Positions 28,889 through 37,787 of a DNA stretch of 64,000 bases are shown one piece after another. The notes beneath the pieces were generated by a model. The model was not told where the DNA came from. It was given only the letters and a program-made list of their open reading frames with translations, and did no database searches. The translations under genes and the position numbers were made by a program. Location: assembly GCA_015490805.1 (NCBI GenBank), contig WFXC01000034.1:24656-88655 (forward strand). Reading direction: 5' to 3'. Numbering within the stretch: the first letter of the stretch is position 1; every line of letters begins with the position of its first letter. The stretch comes from Candidatus Kapaibacterium sp. (lineage in GTDB: Bacteria > Bacteroidota > Ignavibacteria > Kapaibacteriales > WFXC01).

Positions 28889-29526
28889 TGATCAAAGAGT
28901 TCCGGGTCGGTAAAATGACCATCGGGATGTCGGTGAATTCTGGCAAGCCGCTGCTCACCGCTCTGATAGAGTGGAAAAACACAGAGTCCACCCGGACGCA
29001 GTTGCTGGAGGAGGGCATCTGTAGGCATTGCGGTTGCTGCGGTGATGAGAATGCGATCGTATGGCGCCTTTTGGAACCACCCATCTGTCCCATCCCGGTG
29101 GATGCATTGAATCGGTAACTGGAGTTCCCGGAAGCGCTTTCGTGCCTGCTGATACAACCGTCGATCTCGTTCGACTGTAAAGACCTGCATTCCCAGGGCT
29201 GCCAGCACCGCCGCCTGATAGCCGCTTCCCGTGCCAATTTCCAGCACGGTCAAACCTGCCGCTGGCTGCAAAAGCGCTGTCATTCGGGCAACGGTCAGCG
29301 GCTGTGAAATTGTCTGTCCCCATCCGATGGGTAGTGCCGTGTTTTCATACGCTAAGTGGCGCAGCGGTTCAGGGAGGAAGTACTCTCGAGGAACACGCTC
29401 CATTGCCTGCCGGATTTCTGCTGGAATGCCAGATGTTGCCAGCAGGTGAAAAAGTCGTTCTCGATCCTTCTGTAATTTGTACCCGTGCATATTACGGCAC
29501 TGCCAGCGGTTGTGTTTCTTCAACAA
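28852..29526 (-). CDS. pcm: protein-L-isoaspartate O-methyltransferase
   Basis: 'VLEIGTGSGYQAAVLAALG' SAM-binding motif. The true start is probably the internal Met (MHGYKLQ) at about 29490. Confidence 0.8.
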   Translation of the reverse strand: MLKKHNRWQCRNMHGYKLQKDRERLFHLLATSGIPAEIRQAMERVPREYFLPEPLRHLAYENTALPIGWGQTISQPLTVARMTALLQPAAGLTVLEIGTGSGYQAAVLAALGMQVFTVERDRRLYQQARKRFRELQLPIQCIHRDGTDGWFQKAPYDRILITAATAMPTDALLQQLRPGGLCVFPLYQSGEQRLARIHRHPDGHFTDPELFDQCSFVPLRSSTV

Positions 29527-30301
29527 CCCGGGGTTCTGATAAAAGCGCTGTTAGCAGCATATTCTCCAGCTCCTTGCGACTCAAGTCCATAATAAGATTG
29601 CCAGCTTCTGCCAGGGAAATTCGTCCGGTTTCCTCGGAGACCACGATGACGAGCGCGTCGGTTTGTTCCGATAATCCCAGCGCTGCCCGATGCCGGGTCC
29701 CTAAGGTTTTTCCCCGATACTTTGCAACGGAGCTGAGGGGAAGAATACAACCTGCGGCTTCGATGACATCATTGTAGATAACGACAGCGCCGTCGTGCAG
29801 CGGAGATCGGGGATGGAAGATCGTCAGAAGCAGTTCTTTGGTTACTTTGCCCTGAATAGGCACACCGGTTTCGATCGTCATTCGAATATCCTGATTGCGA
29901 CGAATTACAATGAGTGCCCCAATGTGCCGCTCTGACATTTCCTGGACTGCTTCGACGATTTCCGTAATAACCTGCCGAATGTCGGTACGGGTCAGGAAGG
30001 ACAGAAAGGGTGAGCGGGTAAGATTCAGCAGCAGGCGGCGCAGTTCCGGCTGAAAGAGAACGATAAAAGCGATGAACCATACGCTTACGACCACATCCAG
30101 AACCCAGTGAATCGCGCGTAATCCCAGCACTTCGGTGACAAAATACGCGCCGATCAAGCCTACAACCCATACCAGCACTTTGCCAGCGGCTGTGTTCTGG
30201 AGGAGTCGAACCAGGTATGCGATGAGGAGCGTTAGCAAAGCAATATCGATGAGATCCAGCAGCGTGATTTTCAGGAAACCGATGGAGACCAATTCCCACA
30301 T
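29492..30301 (-). CDS. cdaA: diadenylate cyclase CdaA (membrane-anchored DAC domain)
   Basis: Three N-terminal TM helices; DAC motifs 'LHDGAVVI' and 'GTRHRAALG'. Confidence 0.8.
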   Translation of the reverse strand: MWELVSIGFLKITLLDLIDIALLTLLIAYLVRLLQNTAAGKVLVWVVGLIGAYFVTEVLGLRAIHWVLDVVVSVWFIAFIVLFQPELRRLLLNLTRSPFLSFLTRTDIRQVITEIVEAVQEMSERHIGALIVIRRNQDIRMTIETGVPIQGKVTKELLLTIFHPRSPLHDGAVVIYNDVIEAAGCILPLSSVAKYRGKTLGTRHRAALGLSEQTDALVIVVSEETGRISLAEAGNLIMDLSRKELENMLLTALLSEPRVVEETQPLAVP

Positions 30302-31329
30302 TAAAGTCCTTGTTGCTCGTATGCTTCGATGATTTTGGCGACCAGGGCGTGACGCACAACGTGGGATTTATCGAAGTACATAAAGTCGATTCCTTCAATC
30401 CCTTTCAGGATTTTCTCCACTTCCACTAATCCTGAAGGGGTGTTTGAGCGAAGATCTATTTGCGTAATATCACCGGTAATGATCGCCTTGGAATTCTCAC
30501 CCAGCCGGGTTAGAAACATCTTCATTTGTCCCACGGTGGTGTTTTGCGCTTCGTCCAGGATAATAAATGCATTGTTCAAAGTACGACCACGCATATATGC
30601 CAGCGGGATAATTTCGACAGTCCGGTTTTCCAGCATATTTTTGAGTCGTTCCCCGCTGAGCATATCCAGCAGCGAATCCAGAAGTGGGCGGAGATAAGGA
30701 TCAATCTTTTCGTGGAGGTCACCGGGAAGAAATCCCAGCGATTCGCCGGCTTCAACGGCTGGACGGGTAAGAATGATGCGTTGCACGCGGCCGCGCTGGA
30801 GCGCATCCAGGGCAAAGGCAACGGCTAAATAGGTTTTGCCAGTGCCAGCAGGACCGATTGCAAACACAACATCATTATGGAGCACTTTGTCAGCGTACGT
30901 GATTTGCGCAGTGTTGCGCGCTTTGATGGTCTTTTTGGGTCCCGTGTACAAGATCGTCCCAACGCTCTGACGCTCGCTCTTCTGATCCACTGGATGGGAT
31001 TGATTAAGCCGCCGATCCGATTCCAGAATGTCAATAACGGTGACCACGTCGTTTGTCGATAACGATCCGGTTCGGCTGATAATCCGCTGAAGTTCCTGGA
31101 GGACTTGAATAGCTAATGCGACATTATCACCCTCACCTTTGATGTGAAGATTGTTGTCCTGGAGAGAAATGGTGACGTTGAATCGATTTTCCAAAAGCAG
31201 GACATTGGTGTCATTATAGCCCAGAAGGGTGAGAGGATCGACGTGTTTTTGTAGTGTTACCTGCTGTTCCGTATACTCCATACTCAATCCGATTATGCTC
31301 CGATAACTGTTCAACTTATTTCGCTTCAA
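30301..31329 (-). CDS. phoH: PhoH-family ATPase
   Basis: Walker A 'GPAGTGKTYLAV' and PhoH signature 'ILTRPAVEAGESLGFLPGDL'. Confidence 0.85.
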   Translation of the reverse strand: MKRNKLNSYRSIIGLSMEYTEQQVTLQKHVDPLTLLGYNDTNVLLLENRFNVTISLQDNNLHIKGEGDNVALAIQVLQELQRIISRTGSLSTNDVVTVIDILESDRRLNQSHPVDQKSERQSVGTILYTGPKKTIKARNTAQITYADKVLHNDVVFAIGPAGTGKTYLAVAFALDALQRGRVQRIILTRPAVEAGESLGFLPGDLHEKIDPYLRPLLDSLLDMLSGERLKNMLENRTVEIIPLAYMRGRTLNNAFIILDEAQNTTVGQMKMFLTRLGENSKAIITGDITQIDLRSNTPSGLVEVEKILKGIEGIDFMYFDKSHVVRHALVAKIIEAYEQQGL

Positions 31330-31461
31330 TGCAATGAGACGATACCGGTAGGCGGTTAGTGAAGAAATTTTCTCCCCCTTCAGTGAAAAAAAGGTGCAGG
31401 GGAGTGAAACGTCCTAAGGGACTTTGAAAATGGTGCAGATGGGAATGAGCAGGGGCAGTTA

Positions 31462-32616
31462 ATGCGGCATAAACTGGTGTTAGTAGGTCCAGCCTATCCA
31501 TATCGAGGGGGAAATGCTTTGTTTATGACGTCGGTGTACCAGATTTTAGCACCGAAATATGAGCTGGAATTTGTGAATTTTCGTGTCCTGTATCCCCAAT
31601 TGCTGTTCCCGGGAACGACGCAGTTTGATCAGTCGCAGTATCCCATTCCCAGGGTACCGAACCGGCGAGTTCTGCATTCCTATAATCCGCTCAACTGGAT
31701 GAAGGTGGGACGATTGATCGGTCATCTTGATCCAGATCTCATTTTGATGGATTGGTGGCATCCGTACTTTGGACCCTGCTACTGGGGCGTAACGACGGCG
31801 CTGCCTGGACCGTATCGACAAAGGGTGGTGATCATCACGGAGAATGTCATTTCGCACGAAGCAAATGCTGTGGATACGGTGTTAACCAGAATGGGATTGC
31901 GCCACGCACGCGCCTTCATCACGCTTTCCGAAGCTGTGCGGGATGCGCTGCAACCTTTTGCTGATCATCGTCCTATTTTCGTTGTGGGCCCTCCCATCCC
32001 GGATTTCTACTACAACATTGGCACCGTCCCGTCGCAGTCTGAGGCACGGCAGCATTTAGGGGTTCCATCTGATGCGGAGGTGCTGCTCTTTTTCGGCTAT
32101 GTGCGACGGTATAAAGGACTGGATGTGCTCATCGAAGCACTGGCAATTGCACGCCAGCGCCGACCCCGGTTGCGCCTTCTTGTCGCTGGTGAGTTTTATG
32201 AAGATGAACAAAAATATCGGGAGCAAATTGCGGCGCTGGGACTGGAGCTGTACGTGACGGTAGTTAATCAATACATTCCGAATGAGGCGGTCGGAATGTA
32301 CTACCGTGCCGCTGATGTTGTGGTTTTACCCTATCGGGAAGCAACGCAAAGCGGTATTTTAGCGACAGCCTACACGTTTCAGCGGCCAGTTATCGCCACC
32401 GCTGTTGGAGGACTCCAGGAACTGGTGGTAGAAGGCAAAACGGGACTTATCGTGCCACCGGAAGATCCCGCCGCACTGGCAGGAGCGATTGAGCAGTTTT
32501 TTGAAATCCGTACCTCCGTGGATTTTGATCGGCATATCCAGGAGTTCAAAGAGAAGCAAAATCCCTTTTTGCGGTTCCCTTCCATTGTTGCACAAATTCT
32601 TGAGGAAATAGAGTGA
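31462..32616 (+). CDS. glycosyltransferase family 4
   Basis: GT-B fold; 384 aa. Confidence 0.7.
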   Translation: MRHKLVLVGPAYPYRGGNALFMTSVYQILAPKYELEFVNFRVLYPQLLFPGTTQFDQSQYPIPRVPNRRVLHSYNPLNWMKVGRLIGHLDPDLILMDWWHPYFGPCYWGVTTALPGPYRQRVVIITENVISHEANAVDTVLTRMGLRHARAFITLSEAVRDALQPFADHRPIFVVGPPIPDFYYNIGTVPSQSEARQHLGVPSDAEVLLFFGYVRRYKGLDVLIEALAIARQRRPRLRLLVAGEFYEDEQKYREQIAALGLELYVTVVNQYIPNEAVGMYYRAADVVVLPYREATQSGILATAYTFQRPVIATAVGGLQELVVEGKTGLIVPPEDPAALAGAIEQFFEIRTSVDFDRHIQEFKEKQNPFLRFPSIVAQILEEIE

Positions 32617-34097
32617 AGCGGTTCCGGCAGACGACATCCGTTTATTTCATTGGGATCGGCGGTATTGCTATGAGCAGCGTGGCGGTTGCAATGCAGCATC
32701 AGGGATTTCGGGTTGGTGGTTCTGATCAGCAGATCTATCCACCAGCATCTGAACTGCTGGGCTCGACAGATGTCAAGCTGTATACGCCGTACTCGGAGCA
32801 CAATCTCCGGGATTTTGCTCCTGATCTGGTTGTCGTGGGTAACAGTGTGTCGCGGGGGAATCCGGAAGTGGAGTATGTGCTTTCCCACCGCTTGCCTTTT
32901 ATGTCGCTGCCGGAGCTGGTAAAGCGGGAAATCGTAGAGGGAGCGTTTTCGATCGTTGTGACGGGTACGCACGGGAAGACGACCACAACCGCTCTGATAG
33001 CGTGGATACTGGAGCGTGCAGGCTATGCTCCCGGCTTTTTAGTAGGTGGCATACCGGGCAATTTCTCCTCTGGTTTTCGCTATCCGCAGCGAACTGCTCT
33101 GGCTGATACACCCGTTGTGGTGCTGGAAGGGGATGAATACGACGCTGCCTTTTTCGATAAGCGCAGCAAATTTTTGCACTATTTGCCATCCGTTCTGGTG
33201 ATGAACAATCTGGAGTACGATCACGCCGACATTTTTCCCGATATGGCAGCACTCAAGCAGCAGTTTCGATGGTTACTCCGCCTGGTGCCTGCGGATGGGC
33301 TGCTGGTCGCTAATGGTGATGATGCCAACGTGATGGAGGTGCTGCGCACCGGTCCGGTGTATACTTCGAACATTCGCCGATTCAGTTTCAATGAACAGGG
33401 AGAGGTGCACATAACGATCCTTGAAACAACACCGCAGGGCAGTTTCTTTCAAATTCACGATCAGCAGAGCCGTACGGCACAGGAATTCTGGCTTCCCATA
33501 CCGGGAAGGCATATGGTATCGAATGCCGTTGCTGCCATTACTGCCGTCCAGCCACTTGCAATATCACATCAGGTACTGCAACACGCTCTGGAGACCTTTC
33601 GGCTGCCCCGCCGGCGTCTGGAGCGCAAAGTGACAGCAGGGGAGATAACTGTTTACGAGGATTTTGCTCACCATCCGACAGCGTTGCGAGCGACATTGCA
33701 GGCATTACGGCAGCAGCATCCTGAACAGCGACTGATCGCTGTAGTGGAACCCCGATCAAACACAATGGTACAGCGAATTTTTCAGCAGCCGATGGCAGAG
33801 GCATTACAGGGAGCCGACGTTGTGTTTTTTGCACCACCTTATCGCTATCAACGGTATGCACCGGAAGATCGGCTGGATATTGAACAATTAGCCAGGCAGT
33901 ATCGACAGCAGGGGAAGCAGGCAGAGGCGGTGCCACCGCAATGGTGGGATCGCCAGTGGAGCGACTGGTTACTGGAGAGACTGCAAAGTATAGTTGTCGC
34001 TGGTGATGTGGTGGTATTTTTCTCCAATGGTGCTTTCGATGGACTGGTGCAGAAATTTGTGGAACAACTGGAGCATTTAAAGCAGATCGATGAGTGA
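32613..34097 (+). CDS. mpl: UDP-N-acetylmuramate:L-alanyl-gamma-D-glutamyl-meso-diaminopimelate ligase (murein peptide ligase)
   Basis: 'YFIGIGGIAMSSVA' and 'GTHGKTTTT'. The 'EGDEYDAAFFDKRSKFLHY...NNLEYDHADIF' block is Mpl-type rather than MurC-type. Confidence 0.7.
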   Translation: MKRFRQTTSVYFIGIGGIAMSSVAVAMQHQGFRVGGSDQQIYPPASELLGSTDVKLYTPYSEHNLRDFAPDLVVVGNSVSRGNPEVEYVLSHRLPFMSLPELVKREIVEGAFSIVVTGTHGKTTTTALIAWILERAGYAPGFLVGGIPGNFSSGFRYPQRTALADTPVVVLEGDEYDAAFFDKRSKFLHYLPSVLVMNNLEYDHADIFPDMAALKQQFRWLLRLVPADGLLVANGDDANVMEVLRTGPVYTSNIRRFSFNEQGEVHITILETTPQGSFFQIHDQQSRTAQEFWLPIPGRHMVSNAVAAITAVQPLAISHQVLQHALETFRLPRRRLERKVTAGEITVYEDFAHHPTALRATLQALRQQHPEQRLIAVVEPRSNTMVQRIFQQPMAEALQGADVVFFAPPYRYQRYAPEDRLDIEQLARQYRQQGKQAEAVPPQWWDRQWSDWLLERLQSIVVAGDVVVFFSNGAFDGLVQKFVEQLEHLKQIDE

Positions 34098-34383
34098 GGA
34101 TCTACTCCAACTCCTGTGCCAACGCCGGGGTTTATCCTATGCTGCTGAACAGATGCGGGCTTTGCAGCAGTTTGTTATCTATATGGATCGCCATAGCTAT
34201 TGGTTGAACGATATTCTGGAACAGGATGGTCGTCGACTGTTCCGCTTCAGCGATGAAACCTCGCACATCGATTTGAGCGAGGAACAGATCTGGGCATTTA
34301 TACAGCAACTCCGGCAGGGAAAGCCGCTGCCGTGGGAGCAGTTGATTTTGGGAACAAAGCAGGGACATAAGTATGAAGAGTGA
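34090..34383 (+). CDS. hypothetical small protein (97 aa), translationally coupled between mpl and the DinG-like gene
   Basis: The ORF exactly fills the 275-bp gap, overlapping mpl by 8 bp and the downstream gene by 11 bp. No recognisable motif. Confidence 0.35.
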   Translation: MSEDLLQLLCQRRGLSYAAEQMRALQQFVIYMDRHSYWLNDILEQDGRRLFRFSDETSHIDLSEEQIWAFIQQLRQGKPLPWEQLILGTKQGHKYEE

Positions 34384-37093
34384 AACGCCGCTGCAATATC
34401 TTGGATCTTTTGTAGCGCTGGATTTTGAAACGACCGGGACAGATGTTGCAAACGATGCCATTATTGAAATTGGTGCATTGAAATATGAGAACGGCCACGA
34501 GGTGGATCGCTTTCATACACTGGTCAACCCGTTTATGCCGCTGCCACCCTACATTACGGAGTTGACAGGGATCACTGAAGAAGATCTGCAAGCTGCCCCG
34601 GCTTTTGCCCATATTATCGAGCCTTTCTGGCAGTTTATTGATGGTTATCCTTTGATGGCGCATAATGCCCGGTTTGAGCTCAAGTTTCTCCAGAAGTTTT
34701 TTGGCAGAGATTTTCAACCGCCGTTGCTGGACACCGTCCAACTATTTCAACTGCTTTTTCCAGAGCAGCATTCCCATTCGCTGGAACAGGTTGCTCGACA
34801 TCTTGGGCTTTCGTTGCCCGGCGGGCAGAGCCATCGCGCACTGGAAGATGCAACATTGATGGTGGAAGCGGTGCAACGCGCGATTCATCTGTTAATGCTG
34901 CCAGAACACCATCATCTGATTGCCACTATCGTGGCACTTCTCGAACGGCTGGATGGTACCCGATGGCAATGGCGGACGCTGTTTCAGAATCTGCATCAAG
35001 TGCTTGGATTGCCTGCTGCTTCGCTTGACCAGAACCCGCTGTATCATCCGGGACTTCCTGAGGAAGAGAATCGACAAAGGGAAAAAGGAGCACTGGATCC
35101 ACTCTTTTTCTATCTGCCCGTTGCTGTTCAGGACGTGCTGGCAGAGTGGATAGAGAGTGTTGTTGCTACCCCGGTGCATTTTGTTGAAACCAGTAAGCGA
35201 GCGCGGCGCGTGGGAGATTGGTTGGCACAGCAGAATGGGGAATCTCTTCTTATTGCCTCTGAACCTTCGTGGGAATGGCTGCTCAGCACACTGCTGGGAG
35301 CGCTTTCGTACGTGCAGGAGACCGGCAAAGCTGTATGTATCGTAGCACCCGGTGCCCAGAAGCGGGAGGATCTTGTGGAAATTGCTCACTCGTTGAAGCA
35401 GTATTTGCAGGCAGAAGAGTTGCAGATCGATCGAGTGTGGCAGCCAGTGCACTTTGTCTGTCCCCGTCGACTGCCAGCGCTGCTGGAAGGGTATTATCCG
35501 GAGGGTGATGATCCGGTTGCCTCGGAGTTTTTTGTCCGCCTCTTTTTAACCCTGTGGGGAATGCGGACAACAACGGGACGGGTGCAGGAATTACCGCCGC
35601 AATTACGCTCTCACGTCAAGATCAGTCAGTGGCTGGAAAAGCTGACTCACCACACAGAGGAATGTCTTCAGCAAAGCAGCCAGTGCTTCTATGGTCGATA
35701 TTATCAGACGGCACGGAACGCGCACCTGCTGTTTGCTGATTACGGCGCTCTGTTGAATGCGCAGCAGCCAGAACTGCAATTGCTGCCGTTGCTTCGCCCG
35801 GCGATAATCGGACTGGAAGCAGAAGTGCTGGAGGATCTGCTGATCGCACAGAATACCATCCGCATCCCACTCCACCAGGTGCTGTCGCTATTGCATCATC
35901 TGGAGGATCGGCTTACAGAGCAGGAGGCATTTCGGTCAGCACGGTATGCGGTGGAAGAACTGCTGGCAGAGCTGCGTCAGTCACAGCGGCAACAAATTGT
36001 AACCTATGTTCCACTGTCAGGGCACGAACAATCATCAGAATGGCTGGCGAAATTGCACGGTGTCGGGCAGCAACTGCAATTGGTTGTTGAGCAATTGAAC
36101 CGGCTCCCGGCGGACTTTCAGCAGGAGAGAGAGCGAATAACCACAGTGCTCCAGGAGTGGAGTCAATTGCTGGACCAGTTCAGCCGGGCGAATTACGTGA
36201 GCTATGGACAGTTGCATCGGGATGGCAACACTTTTTTGGTTTCCTCGCAATTGCAGCTTACAGATTCAGTGGAGCAATTGCTCTCTATATGGCAGAATGC
36301 TTCAACAGTTCTATTGAGTTCCTCATTGTTTTATCATCCCGAAGAGCGCCACCGTTTGAGCGAGCTTTTCTTTGGCACTACTGCTGTACCTTTTGTTGAT
36401 CTGCCACTGGAATCTGCACGACGGGGCAAGGTCATCTTTACGAAAGGACTGCCGCGATCATCCAGCGAATATTTCGGTGAGAAAATCGCTTTGATGCTCC
36501 ACAGATTGCTGCCGTTGCTACCAGCTAATGCCTGGATTGTTGCACACCAGCGGAACGTGCTGAGCCGGATCTACCAGTTGGTGCAGGAAATTTTGGGTGA
36601 TCGGCTGATATATTATGGCAAGACGCACCGCACGTTGACCGCACTACGGGAAGAGTTAGCACAGCGGGAAGATGCCGTTCTGCTTTCGCGGCCACTGGAT
36701 TTCCACGCTTTAGGTTATCGCTTTGGTCCATTCCGATGGATCATTTATGATCGGCTGCCATATATCATTCCAACCCCACGAACGCAGGCACTTCGCCAGC
36801 AGTGGCTGGATGCCGTAGAGGAATCAGGTGAGATGCCAGCGCTAAATGATTGGGAAGCAATTGAACAACCGATGATGTTTCGCAATTTCCGGAAATTATT
36901 CGATTTCGTCAGTTACGGCGTGCAGGATGCGTATACGGTTGCCGTGCTGGATCCAAACTTAAGCTCGACGACGCTCGCAAGCTATCACCGCCGAATGCTG
37001 GAATATGTGCCACACATTAAGCCCGTACTGGAACACTATGAACAAATCATCGCTGCTGCAACGGGTCCTGTTGCTGGCGTAGCACCTTCATAA
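34373..37093 (+). CDS. DinG-like protein: N-terminal DnaQ/DEDDh 3'-5' exonuclease domain fused to a helicase-like domain lacking Walker A and DEAH motifs
   Basis: Exo I 'ALDFETTG', Exo II 'AHNARFELKFL', Exo III 'HRALEDA'. C-terminal XPD/DinG-like motifs 'TVLLSSSLFY...FVDLP' and 'IIYDRLPYIIPTP'. No GxGKT anywhere in the 906 aa. Confidence 0.6.
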   Translation: MKSETPLQYLGSFVALDFETTGTDVANDAIIEIGALKYENGHEVDRFHTLVNPFMPLPPYITELTGITEEDLQAAPAFAHIIEPFWQFIDGYPLMAHNARFELKFLQKFFGRDFQPPLLDTVQLFQLLFPEQHSHSLEQVARHLGLSLPGGQSHRALEDATLMVEAVQRAIHLLMLPEHHHLIATIVALLERLDGTRWQWRTLFQNLHQVLGLPAASLDQNPLYHPGLPEEENRQREKGALDPLFFYLPVAVQDVLAEWIESVVATPVHFVETSKRARRVGDWLAQQNGESLLIASEPSWEWLLSTLLGALSYVQETGKAVCIVAPGAQKREDLVEIAHSLKQYLQAEELQIDRVWQPVHFVCPRRLPALLEGYYPEGDDPVASEFFVRLFLTLWGMRTTTGRVQELPPQLRSHVKISQWLEKLTHHTEECLQQSSQCFYGRYYQTARNAHLLFADYGALLNAQQPELQLLPLLRPAIIGLEAEVLEDLLIAQNTIRIPLHQVLSLLHHLEDRLTEQEAFRSARYAVEELLAELRQSQRQQIVTYVPLSGHEQSSEWLAKLHGVGQQLQLVVEQLNRLPADFQQERERITTVLQEWSQLLDQFSRANYVSYGQLHRDGNTFLVSSQLQLTDSVEQLLSIWQNASTVLLSSSLFYHPEERHRLSELFFGTTAVPFVDLPLESARRGKVIFTKGLPRSSSEYFGEKIALMLHRLLPLLPANAWIVAHQRNVLSRIYQLVQEILGDRLIYYGKTHRTLTALREELAQREDAVLLSRPLDFHALGYRFGPFRWIIYDRLPYIIPTPRTQALRQQWLDAVEESGEMPALNDWEAIEQPMMFRNFRKLFDFVSYGVQDAYTVAVLDPNLSSTTLASYHRRMLEYVPHIKPVLEHYEQIIAAATGPVAGVAPS

Positions 37094-37268
37094 AACGTCG
37101 ATGGTGCGAATTGTTAAAAAAATGACACTGCTGGCACTGCCTGTACAATACTTTGAAAAAGAAATTCGTTGTACGCTTTTGTAACCTTCTATGTGAAAAA
37201 TTTTTGGCGTGTCGCCCTCTTGATTTTTTATAACCGAATTGTTTAACAAATCGCGGGAGAACCAACAG

Positions 37269-37679
37269 ATGGCAAAACGAAAGAAAGCGGCTGAAGCAAC
37301 GGAGACAACCAGCGAAGCCACGAGTCAGGCAGAAAAGAAGCGCACTTATGCGAGCGAGTATTACCAGCGGAATCGTGAGCGGATCCTGGCATATCTCCGG
37401 AAGCGCTATCACGAAGATCCGGAGTATCGGGAAAAGGTAAAAAAGCGAGCGCTGGAACGGTATCACAACGATCCGGAGTATCGCCGGCGAACGATTGAGC
37501 GTGCCAAGCAGCGATATTACCGGATGCGGGAAGCGCTGATGATCCTGGAGCGTCAGCGGGCAGAAGAAGAAGCACGGAAGCAGAAGGAGCAAGAGGCGAA
37601 GAAAGCGGCAAAAAAGAGCGCAAAGTCCGCCAGTAGCACCAAGAAAACCAGCAGTTCAAAGAAGAAAAAGAAGAAGTAA
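37269..37679 (+). CDS. lysine/arginine-rich histone-H1-like (putative nucleoid-associated) protein with tandem YH-DPEYR repeats
   Basis: Start at 37269 behind a GGGAGAA RBS. 'YHEDPEYREKVKKRALERYHNDPEYRRRTIERAKQRYY' followed by a 'KKAAKKSAKSASSTKKTSSSKKKKKK' tail. The gene has its own AT-rich upstream region and terminator. Confidence 0.5.
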   Translation: MAKRKKAAEATETTSEATSQAEKKRTYASEYYQRNRERILAYLRKRYHEDPEYREKVKKRALERYHNDPEYRRRTIERAKQRYYRMREALMILERQRAEEEARKQKEQEAKKAAKKSAKSASSTKKTSSSKKKKKK

Positions 37680-37726
37680 CGACTCGGCAAGAAGAGCTTA
37701 GCAGACCAGAGGTGTGACTCAAGTGA

Positions 37727-37762
37727 GCGGGAAACTGCTGATAGCGGTTTCCCGCTTTTTTG
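37727..37762 (+). terminator. rho-independent terminator (stem AGCGGGAAAC/GTTTCCCGCT + T6)
   Basis: 10-bp GC-rich stem, 11-nt loop and a TTTTTTGTTG run, 48 nt after the stop of the basic protein gene. Confidence 0.6.
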
Positions 37763-37787
37763 TTGCATTTTTATAAGCAATGCTACT

